Assembly: GCA_020631995.1 (NCBI GenBank)
Contig: JACKGJ010000002.1
Span: 154,773 to 218,772 of the forward strand
Length of the DNA: 64,000 nt
Reading direction: 5' to 3'
DNA from: Candidatus Nomurabacteria bacterium
GTDB lineage: Bacteria > Patescibacteriota > Minisyncoccia > Phycocordibacterales > UBA918
The notes under the pieces are model-generated. The model did not search any database. It worked only from the letters and a program-made list of their open reading frames with translations, and was not told the DNA's origin. Of the stretch, positions 34,900 through 44,226 are shown piece by piece (positions within the stretch are counted from its first letter, which is position 1; the number at the start of each line of letters is the position of its first letter). A program made the translations under genes and the position numbers.

Positions 34900-35616
34900 T
34901 TAGAATTGATTAACTACGCGTAGGTCTCCAGTATAGAAAAGTCTTACGTCGTCAACACCGTACTTCATCATAGCAAGACGGTCCATACCCATACCAAAAG
35001 CAAAGCCTTGGTAGACTTCAGGGTCAATCCCAGCGTTCCTTATAACATTAGGATGTACCATTCCAGCTCCCATAATTTCAATCCAGCGACCCTTAAGCTT
35101 TTCTGGAGCGTCGTCTCCGGTCAGGCGCATATCCACCTCAACTCCAGGCTCCACAAACGGAAAGAAACTTGGTCGTAGTCGCACCTCAGTACTTCCGCCA
35201 AAAAACTTGGAAAAGAAAAACTCCAAAGTGCCTTTCAGGTGCGCCAGTGACACTCCTTTATCTACCATCAGTCCTTCGAGCTGATAAAACTGTGCTTCGT
35301 GAGTGGCATCTGTTGCTTCATTACGAAAGACCTTACCAGGTACTATAATGCGTATTGGTGGTTTATGGGTCTCCATATATCGTACCTGCACTGGTGAAGT
35401 GTGGGTTCGTAGAACGTGGTCCTGCTTACCCTCTATATAGAAAGTGTCCTGCATATCACGGGATGGATGGTCTTTGGGAACATTGAGAAGATCAAAGTTG
35501 TAGTGAGTCTCTTCCATTTCTGGCCCTTCAGCAAACACAAAACCAAGTTCAGAAAAAATACTGTTTACTTCAGTAATTATTTTCGACAATGGATGTTTGT
35601 GACCTTTCTGTTCCAT
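34900..35616 (-). CDS. pheS: phenylalanyl-tRNA synthetase alpha subunit (catalytic core only)
   Basis: 238 aa. Starts just before HPLSKIITEV. Class II motifs are present (FRNEATDATHEAQFYQLEG, GAGMVHPNV, GFAFGMGMDRL). It lacks the roughly 90-aa N-terminal coiled coil of typical PheS. Confidence 0.93.
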   Translation of the reverse strand: MEQKGHKHPLSKIITEVNSIFSELGFVFAEGPEMEETHYNFDLLNVPKDHPSRDMQDTFYIEGKQDHVLRTHTSPVQVRYMETHKPPIRIIVPGKVFRNEATDATHEAQFYQLEGLMVDKGVSLAHLKGTLEFFFSKFFGGSTEVRLRPSFFPFVEPGVEVDMRLTGDDAPEKLKGRWIEIMGAGMVHPNVIRNAGIDPEVYQGFAFGMGMDRLAMMKYGVDDVRLFYTGDLRVVNQF

Positions 35617-35625
35617 AAATCTATA

Positions 35626-36756
35626 CTATAACCAATCTTGGTTTATTTGTATCTGGTAGATGTAGCTTCCGTCGTAGACGTATATAGCACCGCCATATAC
35701 TCGGACCTCCAATTCCTTTCCACTAATAAGAGGTTGGCGATTTTGCCAAGCTCGGTCGTCTATTTCAATAACGTATATTCCACTCTCGCTACCCATTATC
35801 ACTAGGTCAGTGCTGTTTGGAAAAAAATCAAAGTAACTAACCTTTTCACCCTTACGATCCATCTTAATAGTAGGATCACAACCTTCAAGGTTATCAACAG
35901 TTTGTACTTCAAGTGATAATTCATCATCAAGTTCCATAGCTTCCGCGACCTTTACGACACCACTGGCAGTCTTTGTACTAGTTGCTTTTGGTTCATAGCG
36001 AGGAAAAGGTGCTGCGCAGTAGTAGTATGGCATATTGCTTGGCGTACCCACGAAACGAGCGTATACATCACCCTTGTCTTCGAATAACATTACTCCACTC
36101 CACTCCTTGGTAGTAGTTGCTACGGATTCAGTAGAGGTGGCAGAGGTAAGAGTAGTTCTCATTCTTTCTACTAGTCCACTACTCGTTTCTTCTGTGGTAG
36201 TGGCTGTAAATAACTCAAGTAAAGTTTCAAACTCGGAGTTAGCTACCATTGTCGCGGAATTTGCTCGTGGTTCAAGCAGGTACTGGTTAACAAAGGTCAC
36301 CTTGTCCTGCAGAGTAGAGCTTGCAGTCACAACGTTAACTCCAGCTGGTGTTCGCCAAGGAGTAATTATTTTTACTTTCGGTATTTTAGGTAAATTAAAA
36401 GCCTGTGCCTCAGTAACTAAGTGTGAATAGACAGGTAGTTCTTTGACCCAAGTGTGGTGTCCAGGTTTATCGACGTGTACTTTGTGTGTACCTTCTGGAA
36501 ATCCTTGTGCATAAAATGCTCTACGAAAGACTCGAGTTTCACGTACAAGCTCATCGTTTATAAAAATTTGTGCACCAGTTTTTTCAGCAGCAATGTAGAG
36601 TCCACCAGTACTGACTAACCCAGATTCACCAAGTTCGAATCGATATCCACTAGCATACAGAAAAAGAAATGGTAGGGCGGCAACAAAAATTCCGGTCAAT
36701 AAATAAAAAAACCAGTAACGGTGTCGATATGAAAGAGGTTTGACGTGTGGGGTCAT
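35626..36756 (-). CDS. membrane-anchored PEGA-domain protein
   Basis: 376 aa. N-terminal TM segment, then a PEGA-like segment (AQIFINDELV...FPEGTHKVHVDKPGHHTW). Confidence 0.6.
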   Translation of the reverse strand: MTPHVKPLSYRHRYWFFYLLTGIFVAALPFLFLYASGYRFELGESGLVSTGGLYIAAEKTGAQIFINDELVRETRVFRRAFYAQGFPEGTHKVHVDKPGHHTWVKELPVYSHLVTEAQAFNLPKIPKVKIITPWRTPAGVNVVTASSTLQDKVTFVNQYLLEPRANSATMVANSEFETLLELFTATTTEETSSGLVERMRTTLTSATSTESVATTTKEWSGVMLFEDKGDVYARFVGTPSNMPYYYCAAPFPRYEPKATSTKTASGVVKVAEAMELDDELSLEVQTVDNLEGCDPTIKMDRKGEKVSYFDFFPNSTDLVIMGSESGIYVIEIDDRAWQNRQPLISGKELEVRVYGGAIYVYDGSYIYQIQINQDWL

Positions 36757-36812
36757 AAATTAAGTATATAGAGAATGATGTATTGGCGTGGAAACGCCTC
36801 GTCTACCATCTG

Positions 36813-38366
36813 CTAGCTTCTAGATTTTGGTGTCACCCAAAAGCCCATATAGCGCCCGAACATTAGTCTAGTCTGAGCATCTAGTCCTGGAATAGAACTA
36901 AACACTATCATAGTGATCGGCACCAATATCCACTGCAACGCCATTACCACATAAGCAAAGCGGGACCTTCCTTCAGGACGTTTTGGAATTAGTGAAAGAG
37001 AGATCACTGCAGAGATAACTAGTCCAAACATTGCCAAGATCAGAAGATTTCTAACTACGATAGGCAAATTATATGATAACACCGTTTCGTGAAAGACTCG
37101 ACCACCAAGGAAGATGGGTGCCCAACCAAGTATAAAGAGCATTATTGGGTTGGTAACGAGAGACCAGTATCCTTCAGCCTGTTGTAGAGTAATCTTTATT
37201 CTCTTGCCGAGTGGGATGTTCTTGTTTTTTGTGAAGTGATAGACAATGTATACAAAGTTTTCTACTCCGTAGGTCCAGCGACGATGTTGTTTGTAGATGT
37301 TTTTTATTGTGCCATAAAGAGTTCCCGCCGTATTGGCATCCATTGAGACTGGATAAGAAAGCGGAATAACATCATATTCACCATCATTTGCCATCATTAA
37401 GTTCCAGTAAATACGTGAATCTTCACTCACCATATTGCGTTGCCAGTACCCTACTTCATAAAGTGCCTTAAAAGGTACAGAGTGTGAAGAAAAAGTCGCC
37501 ATTCTTTCTGGGCGTTCTTGTTGAACCATTTCCCAGAAAGTACTAGACATAGCTACCACACGAGATAATGAGCCAGCCTGCCAAAGGTTGTTGTTAAAAA
37601 GAGGGACTGGTTGGTAAGAACTCTTCAGAGGATTCTCGGCCGTCATAAAATGCCAGATTAGACAATTGAAGTAATCTGGATAAAGGACTGTATCTATATC
37701 AAAGTTAGATACTAAAACATTTTCATATGGAATATTTCTAGCGTCCAGAATTACCTTACGACCTTCTTCGACAGCATAAGCCACATTCGAGCCTTTGCCT
37801 GCCATTTCGCCTGGTACATTGGCAGGGTGAATAGTAACCAAAAAGTCGGCAAATTCACTACCGTATTGTTCTTTCAATTCTTTAGCTATGGCTTGTGCAC
37901 CAGCTCCCGCTCGCTCTTCAGACGCCAAAATGACACTAATCTTTTTCTTGTCGTAGTGCACTTGAGACAAAGACTCAATGGTAGAGCGAGCCACTTCAAT
38001 AGGTTCATTATAAAACGGAAACACCACGATATGGTGCATATGGTCATATTGAAAGCGCTCAAGCATCTCAGACCAGTTTAAAGTCATATGGTGACGCAGA
38101 CGTCTCCAGTTGTGTCGAAGGTGATACGAAAGAAAGGCAGTCTTAAGTACCCAGTAGATTGCAAAAGCAATAATGAAATATGCCGCCAAAAATGGTGCAT
38201 AAAGGGAGGCAACTACCACACCTATTAAAGTGCTCCAAGAGGCAAGACCAGGAATAACCTCTAATAAGCGGTAGAGGGCCCGATTTTTGCCACTGAGCTC
38301 TGTGGCACGACCTACATGGAAGTCAGGCCTTTTAGCGTACGGTAATAGGTGTTTGTTTTCCTCCAT
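36813..38366 (-). CDS. integral-membrane family-2 glycosyltransferase (processive, QxxRW type)
   Basis: FPFYNEP, SNFDIDT and the KQHRRWTYG (QxxRW) motif, with multiple TM segments at both ends. Start is uncertain: TTG at 38408 in the track, ATG at 38366 here. Confidence 0.75.
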   Translation of the reverse strand: MEENKHLLPYAKRPDFHVGRATELSGKNRALYRLLEVIPGLASWSTLIGVVVASLYAPFLAAYFIIAFAIYWVLKTAFLSYHLRHNWRRLRHHMTLNWSEMLERFQYDHMHHIVVFPFYNEPIEVARSTIESLSQVHYDKKKISVILASEERAGAGAQAIAKELKEQYGSEFADFLVTIHPANVPGEMAGKGSNVAYAVEEGRKVILDARNIPYENVLVSNFDIDTVLYPDYFNCLIWHFMTAENPLKSSYQPVPLFNNNLWQAGSLSRVVAMSSTFWEMVQQERPERMATFSSHSVPFKALYEVGYWQRNMVSEDSRIYWNLMMANDGEYDVIPLSYPVSMDANTAGTLYGTIKNIYKQHRRWTYGVENFVYIVYHFTKNKNIPLGKRIKITLQQAEGYWSLVTNPIMLFILGWAPIFLGGRVFHETVLSYNLPIVVRNLLILAMFGLVISAVISLSLIPKRPEGRSRFAYVVMALQWILVPITMIVFSSIPGLDAQTRLMFGRYMGFWVTPKSRS

Positions 38367-38453
38367 AGATATCAACGGGAGTATAGACCGAATATCTAGT
38401 TTATGCAAAGTATTTGTTAGTTTGTATAGTCTATTATAAAGTTACTTATCCGA

Positions 38454-38482
38454 TTAGAACTAATAGAAATATGTGGTATATT
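38454..38482 (+). promoter_or_regulatory. promoter of tRNA-Thr
   Basis: TTAGAA, 17 nt, TATATT, with an extended -10 TG (TGGTATATT). The tRNA 5' end lies about 11 nt after the -10 element. Confidence 0.5.
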
Positions 38483-38493
38483 ATGTGACGTAA

Positions 38494-38569
38494 GCCGAGG
38501 TAGCTCAGTTGGTAGAGCAGCCGATTTGTAATCGGCCGGTCGCAGGTTCAAACCCTGTCCTCGGCTCCA
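38494..38569 (+). tRNA. tRNA-Thr (anticodon UGU), CCA encoded
   Basis: Manual cloverleaf: acceptor GCCGAGG/CCTCGGC; D arm GCTC-AGTTGGTA-GAGC; anticodon arm GCCGA-TTTGTAA-TCGGC; variable loop CGGTC; T arm GCAGG-TTCAAAC-CCTGT; discriminator T; CCA. Confidence 0.9.
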
Positions 38570-38577
38570 GTAGCAAT

Positions 38578-39399
38578 ATGACGAATAAAGATTTTTATTC
38601 AACAAAATCATATCGACATAAGCAGAGCGAAGCAACAAAGAAGCAATGGCAAACAGGCATTTACGACAATCAACGTAATCGTGAATCCAGATCATGTCGA
38701 AGAGTAGATTGTAATAATTGTTTTGAAGTTAAGGCTTCAAATCCAAAAAAATACTGCTCACAACATTGTGCTGCGGTAGTTAATAACAGTAAGCGAGTTT
38801 TTTCACAAGTAACGAAGGAAAAAATATCTAAAGCCTTGGCCGGAAGAACCTATCCAGAGAGAAAGTTTATTAATGCACTGGGGAAAGAACGAGAATATCG
38901 AGTTTGCCTAAATCCAGACTGTAGAAAAGAATTCTTTACTACATATTGGAGACCTTCAAATAATCCGACGCGGTACTGTAGCGTGCAGTGCTCAAGTCAT
39001 GTGAATGGAAGTAAACCCACTTCTCCCAGGGCAGCAAGAGCTAAGGCTGGTGTTCGACCTGATATTGATAAGAAAATTTATTTCTTTAGTCGATGGGAAG
39101 CGAATTATGCGCGAGTTTTAAATCTAACCGGCATAAAATGGATACATCAGCCAAAGCGATTTAGACTTAAATCGCAGTACTACACTCCAGATTTTTATTT
39201 ACCAGAGAGTGATAAATATATTGAGATAAAAAATTTTCTTTCTGACTACTCTTTAAAGAGAGACAAAGAGTTTAGGGAATTATATCCAAAGCTTGAACTG
39301 GAGCTTGTTCTAAAAGAGGACTATAAAAAACTTGAGGAAGAATTCGCAAACGTAATTCCTAATTGGGAGTTTAGTAATTCAAAGTGGACAGGTAAATGA
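38578..39399 (+). CDS. homing-endonuclease-like protein: NUMOD3-like motifs, two YCSxxC zinc ribbons and a C-terminal PD-(D/E)XK nuclease domain
   Basis: ATG lies 8 nt after the tRNA CCA; the track start inside the tRNA is rejected. Motifs seen: SEATKKQWQTG and TKEKISKALAGRT (NUMOD3-like); CRRVDCNNCF...KYCSQHC and CLNPDCRKEF...RYCSVQC; SRWEANYARVLNLTGIKWIHQPKRF...YTPDFYL...YIEIK (PD..ExK, TnsA-N-like layout). Confidence 0.65.
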   Translation: MTNKDFYSTKSYRHKQSEATKKQWQTGIYDNQRNRESRSCRRVDCNNCFEVKASNPKKYCSQHCAAVVNNSKRVFSQVTKEKISKALAGRTYPERKFINALGKEREYRVCLNPDCRKEFFTTYWRPSNNPTRYCSVQCSSHVNGSKPTSPRAARAKAGVRPDIDKKIYFFSRWEANYARVLNLTGIKWIHQPKRFRLKSQYYTPDFYLPESDKYIEIKNFLSDYSLKRDKEFRELYPKLELELVLKEDYKKLEEEFANVIPNWEFSNSKWTGK

Positions 39400-39406
39400 A
39401 TATTAC

Positions 39407-39826
39407 TCAATCATTCATCGACCGTTCCTTCCTATCCTCCTTTTCTTCATCCGACAATGCCGTCGATTTCTTGTGCTCGGCAATGTGATGGAGGTGATTT
39501 TCGCTATCACTGCTTACCACCTTCGCAATAATTTTATTTTTGTGACGTAGATTGTTGAGACGTCTTTCCAAGAAATTAATTATAAAAAGAGAGGCGCTAA
39601 GTCCTTGATGTAGGAGGTAGTGCAAAAACAATCTAAAAGAAGAAGCGCCAAAGTACTTTTTCCAAACTCTCCAGCCCTGCCCCCTTTTCTCAATCTGTAG
39701 ATCCAAATATTTACGGAAATTTACTAGGAAAATTCTCTTTCCTTTTGCCGCTTCGGCTTTGTAGATAAAAAAGAGTATAAGGGATAGAACCCCGCTTACT
39801 GCCATTATGTAAAGAGAAATTAGCAT
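39407..39826 (-). CDS. hypothetical membrane protein
   Basis: Two hydrophobic segments and a charged C-terminus. I recognise no family. Start is uncertain: the track uses TTG at 39850; ATGs occur at 39826 and 39805. Confidence 0.45.
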   Translation of the reverse strand: MLISLYIMAVSGVLSLILFFIYKAEAAKGKRIFLVNFRKYLDLQIEKRGQGWRVWKKYFGASSFRLFLHYLLHQGLSASLFIINFLERRLNNLRHKNKIIAKVVSSDSENHLHHIAEHKKSTALSDEEKEDRKERSMND

Positions 39827-39869
39827 AGGTGGGAGTATAGCACGAAGCAATTTGTAGGTTTTACAGGCC

Positions 39870-40454
39870 TTATTTCACCGAGACTCGCTTGAACTCAACG
39901 ATAGAAACCTTTTCGCCAAACTTCTGAATTGCTCCGTTAATCATTTCACCAATAGTGGTGTCTGGATTTTTGATGAAAGGTTGCTCAAGCAAAATTTGTT
40001 CCTTGAAGTAGTTATTCAACTTCCCTTCCATTATTTTTTCTTGCATTTCTGCCGGTTTGTCTTTGATGTCTTCTGCAAAAACTTCCTTGGCCTTAAGCAT
40101 TGCTTCCTCACTCACCTCATCTCTTGAAAGAAACTTTGGATTAAGAGCTGCTACATGCATAGCAACATCCTTAGCTAAAGTAGCAAATTCCTCATTCTTT
40201 GAAACAAAGTCAGTCTCAGAAGCCAGTAAAACCATAGCGGCTACTTCGTTGGTATTGTGTACGTATACACCAACTGTGCCAGCTCCCAGGGTGCGGTCAG
40301 ACTTTTTGTCAGCTGCTTCTTTACGCTTCTGCTTAAGAATTATTAAAGCCTTCTCCTTGTCACCTTGTGCTTCTTCCAGTGCCTTCTTACATTGCATTAC
40401 TGAAATACCTGTTTGATCTCGTAATTCTTTGATAACTGATGAGCTAATTTCCAT
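39870..40454 (-). CDS. tsf: elongation factor Ts (short form)
   Basis: 194 aa. N-terminal UBA-like segment VIKELRDQTGISVMQCKKALEEAQGDKEKA. Lies downstream of rpsB, as in the canonical rpsB-tsf pair. Confidence 0.92.
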   Translation of the reverse strand: MEISSSVIKELRDQTGISVMQCKKALEEAQGDKEKALIILKQKRKEAADKKSDRTLGAGTVGVYVHNTNEVAAMVLLASETDFVSKNEEFATLAKDVAMHVAALNPKFLSRDEVSEEAMLKAKEVFAEDIKDKPAEMQEKIMEGKLNNYFKEQILLEQPFIKNPDTTIGEMINGAIQKFGEKVSIVEFKRVSVK

Positions 40455-40509
40455 AGAAAAAATGATTATGAGTTAATAAAACAAAATCCAATCAGGTCTG
40501 TGAGGGATG

Positions 40510-41262
40510 TTATTGTGCAAGTGGACGACGGGCGCGCTCTGTAACTGGTTTGGCAGGAGTAAAGTTTGCCTTACCTTCCTTGTATGATTCTACCAACTCA
40601 TCGAGCACTAGAGATACGCTAGCGCGTAAAGTATCGTTCACAACAATAGGATAGTTAATTTCCTTAACGTTGTTATCAGAACTCATAATACCGATAATTG
40701 GAATGTTCTTTTCAATAGCCTCAGCTACAGCTAACTTGTCGTAACGTGGGTCAACAACAACTAGCATATCAGGGTTCTTCTCGATTGCTCGAATACCACC
40801 GAAGTTATGGGTGAGCTTTTCTAGTTCACGATTTAGTACTACACGTTCCTTCTTGGTGTATTTTCGCTCTAGTTCACCGCTTTCTCCCATACCTATAAGT
40901 TCAAACAAACGAGCTACTCGCTTTCTTATTTCAGTCCAGTTAGTAATCATCCCTCCTACCCAACGATTCACTACGTAAGGAGCTTCGATTGATTCTGCTC
41001 TGGTCTTAACAAGCTTAGCTACTTCTTCCTTAGTACCAACAAAGACTACCACCTTTCCGTCGGTAGCCATTTTCTTGATAGCCTCTTTAGCATCGTTTAG
41101 GAGTTCAGCTGAACGTTCTAGATCGAAGATATCGTTACCCTCTTTAGCGCCAAATAAGTAAGGCTTCATAGAAGGGTGACGACGGCTCTTTTTGAAACCA
41201 AAATGAGCTCCGGCAGAGAATAAGCGGTCGATTAGATTTTGGTTACTTGAAGTGGTTGACAT
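40510..41262 (-). CDS. rpsB: 30S ribosomal protein S2
   Basis: LFSAGAHFGFKKSRRHPSMKPYLFG and typical S2 sequence throughout. I prefer the ATG at 41262 (MSTTSSNQ) to the track start. Confidence 0.93.
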   Translation of the reverse strand: MSTTSSNQNLIDRLFSAGAHFGFKKSRRHPSMKPYLFGAKEGNDIFDLERSAELLNDAKEAIKKMATDGKVVVFVGTKEEVAKLVKTRAESIEAPYVVNRWVGGMITNWTEIRKRVARLFELIGMGESGELERKYTKKERVVLNRELEKLTHNFGGIRAIEKNPDMLVVVDPRYDKLAVAEAIEKNIPIIGIMSSDNNVKEINYPIVVNDTLRASVSLVLDELVESYKEGKANFTPAKPVTERARRPLAQ

Positions 41263-41300
41263 ATATACAATAAAGTTCGCCGATATTAACACGATATACC

Positions 41301-42281
41301 TTAATCTGCAACCTCATCTCCGGCACTAGCTTTCTTCATAGCTTCAATAATAGTATCCAGTCTTCCAGCCATTATTTCTTCTAGGTTGTGCCAAGATTCT
41401 TTGATGCGGTGGTCAGTAACACGGCTTTGTGGGAAGTTATAGGTTCGGATTTTCTCGCTTCTATCCCCTGTTCCGATTTGGTTTTTCCGAACTTCTGCAT
41501 GCTTCTTTGCCTCTTCTTCCTCGTGTTGCATCTCAATCTTTGCAATTAGTAAAGCCATTGCCTTTTCACGGTTTTTAAGCTGTGAGCGCTCAGATTGTGA
41601 CCGTACATCTATCCCGGTTGGCTTATGGATGAGTCGCACGGCAGATTCAACTTTGTTGACGTTTTGTCCACCAGCACCACCGGCTCTTGAGTACTCCATC
41701 TCGATGTCAGATGGATTTATTTCCAATAGTGGCTTACGTCGCAGTGGCAAAATCGCCACTGAACAGGTTGAGGTATGAATACGTCCAGCCTTTTCAGTTA
41801 CAGGGATTCGTTGTACGCGGTGTACACCGGTCTCGTGACGAAATGCCTCGTAGGCTGCAGGACTCAGTATTTCAAACGACGCCTCCTTGTACCCACCTGA
41901 AGTTGCTTTCGACTCACTGTTAACACTTTTATCCCAACCTTGTGTCTCAGCATAGGTTAGGTAAGCAATAGCAAGTTCCTCAGCAAAAAGGGCTGCTTCG
42001 TCTCCCCCTGCCCCCGCCCGAACCTCCAAAACCACACCGTATGGCTTTTCATCTTCCTCTTTACCAGATTCTATAATGCGCTCCATATCCTCAAATTGAT
42101 TTTGGAGGGTTTTTTGAAGCTCGACTATTTCAGCTTTCGCCATTTCTGCCATTTCTGGATCAGTACTGGCTAGTTCTTCTGCTTCTCTGAGTTTCTCTAA
42201 ATAAGAGTCAAATTGAGTACTCAAAAACTGCGTGCGTTGGTTTTCACGAAATTCTTGTAGTTTGTTAGCGTCAAATTCCAT
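41301..42281 (-). CDS. prfA: peptide chain release factor 1
   Basis: GGQ motif ([17 protein letters not shown]) and an RF1-type PVT tripeptide ([18 protein letters not shown]). Confidence 0.88.
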   Translation of the reverse strand: MEFDANKLQEFRENQRTQFLSTQFDSYLEKLREAEELASTDPEMAEMAKAEIVELQKTLQNQFEDMERIIESGKEEDEKPYGVVLEVRAGAGGDEAALFAEELAIAYLTYAETQGWDKSVNSESKATSGGYKEASFEILSPAAYEAFRHETGVHRVQRIPVTEKAGRIHTSTCSVAILPLRRKPLLEINPSDIEMEYSRAGGAGGQNVNKVESAVRLIHKPTGIDVRSQSERSQLKNREKAMALLIAKIEMQHEEEEAKKHAEVRKNQIGTGDRSEKIRTYNFPQSRVTDHRIKESWHNLEEIMAGRLDTIIEAMKKASAGDEVAD

Positions 42282-42342
42282 ATGTCAGGACATATTACCT
42301 CAAATAGGACTCTGCACAAGAACAAACAGCTCTTTAAAACAG

Positions 42343-42380
42343 AAACGCTCTGCTTATCACCGATGATAAGCAGAGCGTTT
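42343..42380 (-). terminator. intrinsic terminator after rpmE
   Basis: AAACGCTCTGCTTATCA-NNN-TGATAAGCAGAGCGTTT. On the minus strand it is followed by CTGTTTT. Confidence 0.6.
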
Positions 42381-42408
42381 TGTATGTCTTGGGGATAGAC
42401 TCAGAAGT

Positions 42409-42678
42409 CTATTTACTCTTCTTTCCGGCCTTAGCAGCACGAGCCTTGAACTTCTCGAGGCGCCCAGCAGTGTCCATAACCTTCTCTTGTCCAGTATAGA
42501 AAGGGTGAGAAGCGCTAGATACGTCTACACGTACCAATGGGTACTCCTTTCCGTCAGTCCACTTGTCAGTTTCAGTACCTTCAATATTGATGGTAGAACC
42601 TAGCAAAAAGCGTTCGCCATTAGAGTTGTCGACGAAGATGACTGGTCGGTAGTTTTCTGGGTGGATTTCCTTTTTCAT
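42409..42678 (-). CDS. rpmE: 50S ribosomal protein L31 (type B, no zinc-binding cysteines)
   Basis: [10 protein letters not shown]...[10 protein letters not shown]. There is no CxxC motif. Confidence 0.9.
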   Translation of the reverse strand: MKKEIHPENYRPVIFVDNSNGERFLLGSTINIEGTETDKWTDGKEYPLVRVDVSSASHPFYTGQEKVMDTAGRLEKFKARAAKAGKKSK

Positions 42679-42762
42679 ATAAGTGGAAGAACTATAGCAA
42701 ATAATCTCAAAAAATCAACTAGGTTTAACTCGACTTGTTTTTTCGAATGGATCGTCAGTCCA

Positions 42763-44157
42763 TTAACCAGCATCAAGAGTTCGAATTTCAGCCTCTAGAC
42801 GAGCCTTTTTCTGCATAACTTGGTCTCCGTAGAAGTGATTTCTAGGATTATTAATACCATTCCATCCAGAGTAATAACGAATAGCAGCTGTCCATTCAGC
42901 GTCATAGTTACCGGCAGCGGCGCCATTGTCTCTCATAAGAAGTGAGGTCGCCAAAAAGGCGTCTTGGTTTCTAAATGGACTAGATGGAGTATTTATTCCA
43001 AGTAGTTGACGAATCGAATCTTGAGAGGCGTTATATACATAAACATCGTCTCCGGTATTAACATACCCTCCATATAATGCCCAAGTAGAAGGGATAAACT
43101 GTGAAGGACCCATTGCTCCTCCCCAACCATAAGAAAGCGGGCAAGATACTTTTTGAGTATTAATATCAAACCCTAAAACATCAGCCATAACAGTGAAGAC
43201 AGGAACACTTCCAGGACCCATAGCAGCTCGCCCGTTAGCTATTTGATTGTATGTACATTGCCCAATGTTGGAACCAAACTCAGACTCTTGCTCCAAAATA
43301 GCCAAAATAAATGAAGGTGACACACCGGTTTTGGCTCCTGCAAATTTAGCCAACTGAACTGCTTCAGTGAAAGGTATGCGCCCACCACCACCGGCAAGGT
43401 CGAACAATGCGGCCCTTAGTTGTGCGGCAGTTCTTTGGGACTGAGCCAAGTGCTGTTGGTAGACTGCTTCTTCGCCTTTTGTAACTTCCAGAATTGTTGT
43501 TTTTTCTTCTTCTTTTTCTTCGATAATAGCCTTTTGTGCTTCTTGGAGTTGTCTTTGGCGCGCTTCTTCAAGTTGCTTTTCCTCTAAGGCCGTCATTTGT
43601 TCTTCTGTATCTCGTCTGATTTCAGCCAGTACTTGAACAGATTCGCGGAGTGAATTGTTGATTGTTCGATAATCTTCAAAGTTCGCAAAGAATTCAGAAA
43701 AATTACTATTGGTAAGCATTAATTCTGCCAGAGAGTTGTCGTCAATTTCTTGAGTTTTTCTGATCAGTGAACTAATGGACTGCTTCTGCTTTTCTGAGCG
43801 CTCATCAAGCACAGAAACTACAGCTACCTTATCGCCAATTTGATCATTAAGTTCTCGGATAGCAAGTGATCTAGCTTGAATGCTAAGCTGAGATTTTTTA
43901 ATTTCTGCTTCAAGGAGACCGACGTCACGTTCAAGGGATTGCCGTTCAGCTTGCTTTAATTCAACTAGTCTTTGCTGAGCAAGAATCTGTTGGTCTATCT
44001 GACTAAGTAAAGCCTTACAAGCTGTCTTATCCGACTCACTAGCAGTAGCACCACTTATTTGGGAACAGTATTCAACTGTAACGGCAGCAAAAACACTACT
44101 CGGTGCAACAACAGTCACCAAAAAAACAAAGGTCAAAAATAGTATCCTCTTCTTCAT
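42763..44157 (-). CDS. secreted coiled-coil protein with C-terminal lytic transglycosylase (SLT/MltB-like) domain
   Basis: Signal peptide, then about 250 aa of heptad-rich sequence, then SFILAILEQESEFG and GAMGPSQFIPSTW motifs. Confidence 0.7.
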   Translation of the reverse strand: MKKRILFLTFVFLVTVVAPSSVFAAVTVEYCSQISGATASESDKTACKALLSQIDQQILAQQRLVELKQAERQSLERDVGLLEAEIKKSQLSIQARSLAIRELNDQIGDKVAVVSVLDERSEKQKQSISSLIRKTQEIDDNSLAELMLTNSNFSEFFANFEDYRTINNSLRESVQVLAEIRRDTEEQMTALEEKQLEEARQRQLQEAQKAIIEEKEEEKTTILEVTKGEEAVYQQHLAQSQRTAAQLRAALFDLAGGGGRIPFTEAVQLAKFAGAKTGVSPSFILAILEQESEFGSNIGQCTYNQIANGRAAMGPGSVPVFTVMADVLGFDINTQKVSCPLSYGWGGAMGPSQFIPSTWALYGGYVNTGDDVYVYNASQDSIRQLLGINTPSSPFRNQDAFLATSLLMRDNGAAAGNYDAEWTAAIRYYSGWNGINNPRNHFYGDQVMQKKARLEAEIRTLDAG

Positions 44158-44174
44158 TGTGGTTATTATAACAA

Positions 44175-44207
44175 CAAAGTGCGGGCACTAAAAGTGTCCG
44201 CACTTTG
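44175..44207 (-). terminator. terminator-like hairpin after rplY
   Basis: CAAAGTGCGGGCAC-TAAAA-GTGTCCGCACTTTG. Confidence 0.5.
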
Positions 44208-44226
44208 TATCTGAGAATCAGTTAAA

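Noticed and set aside
38417-38695. 92-aa minus-strand ORF and the 23-codon N-terminal extension of the 38509 plus-strand ORF
   Set aside because: Both run through the tRNA-Thr gene (38494-38569). The nuclease-like ORF has a clean ATG at 38578 just after the tRNA.
41301-42281. Possibility of UGA recoding, because only RF1 is seen in the window
   Set aside because: TGA clearly terminates dnaE (24266-24268), the 86-aa ORF and the pilin at 52219. No conserved gene shows in-frame TGA, so the standard code applies.
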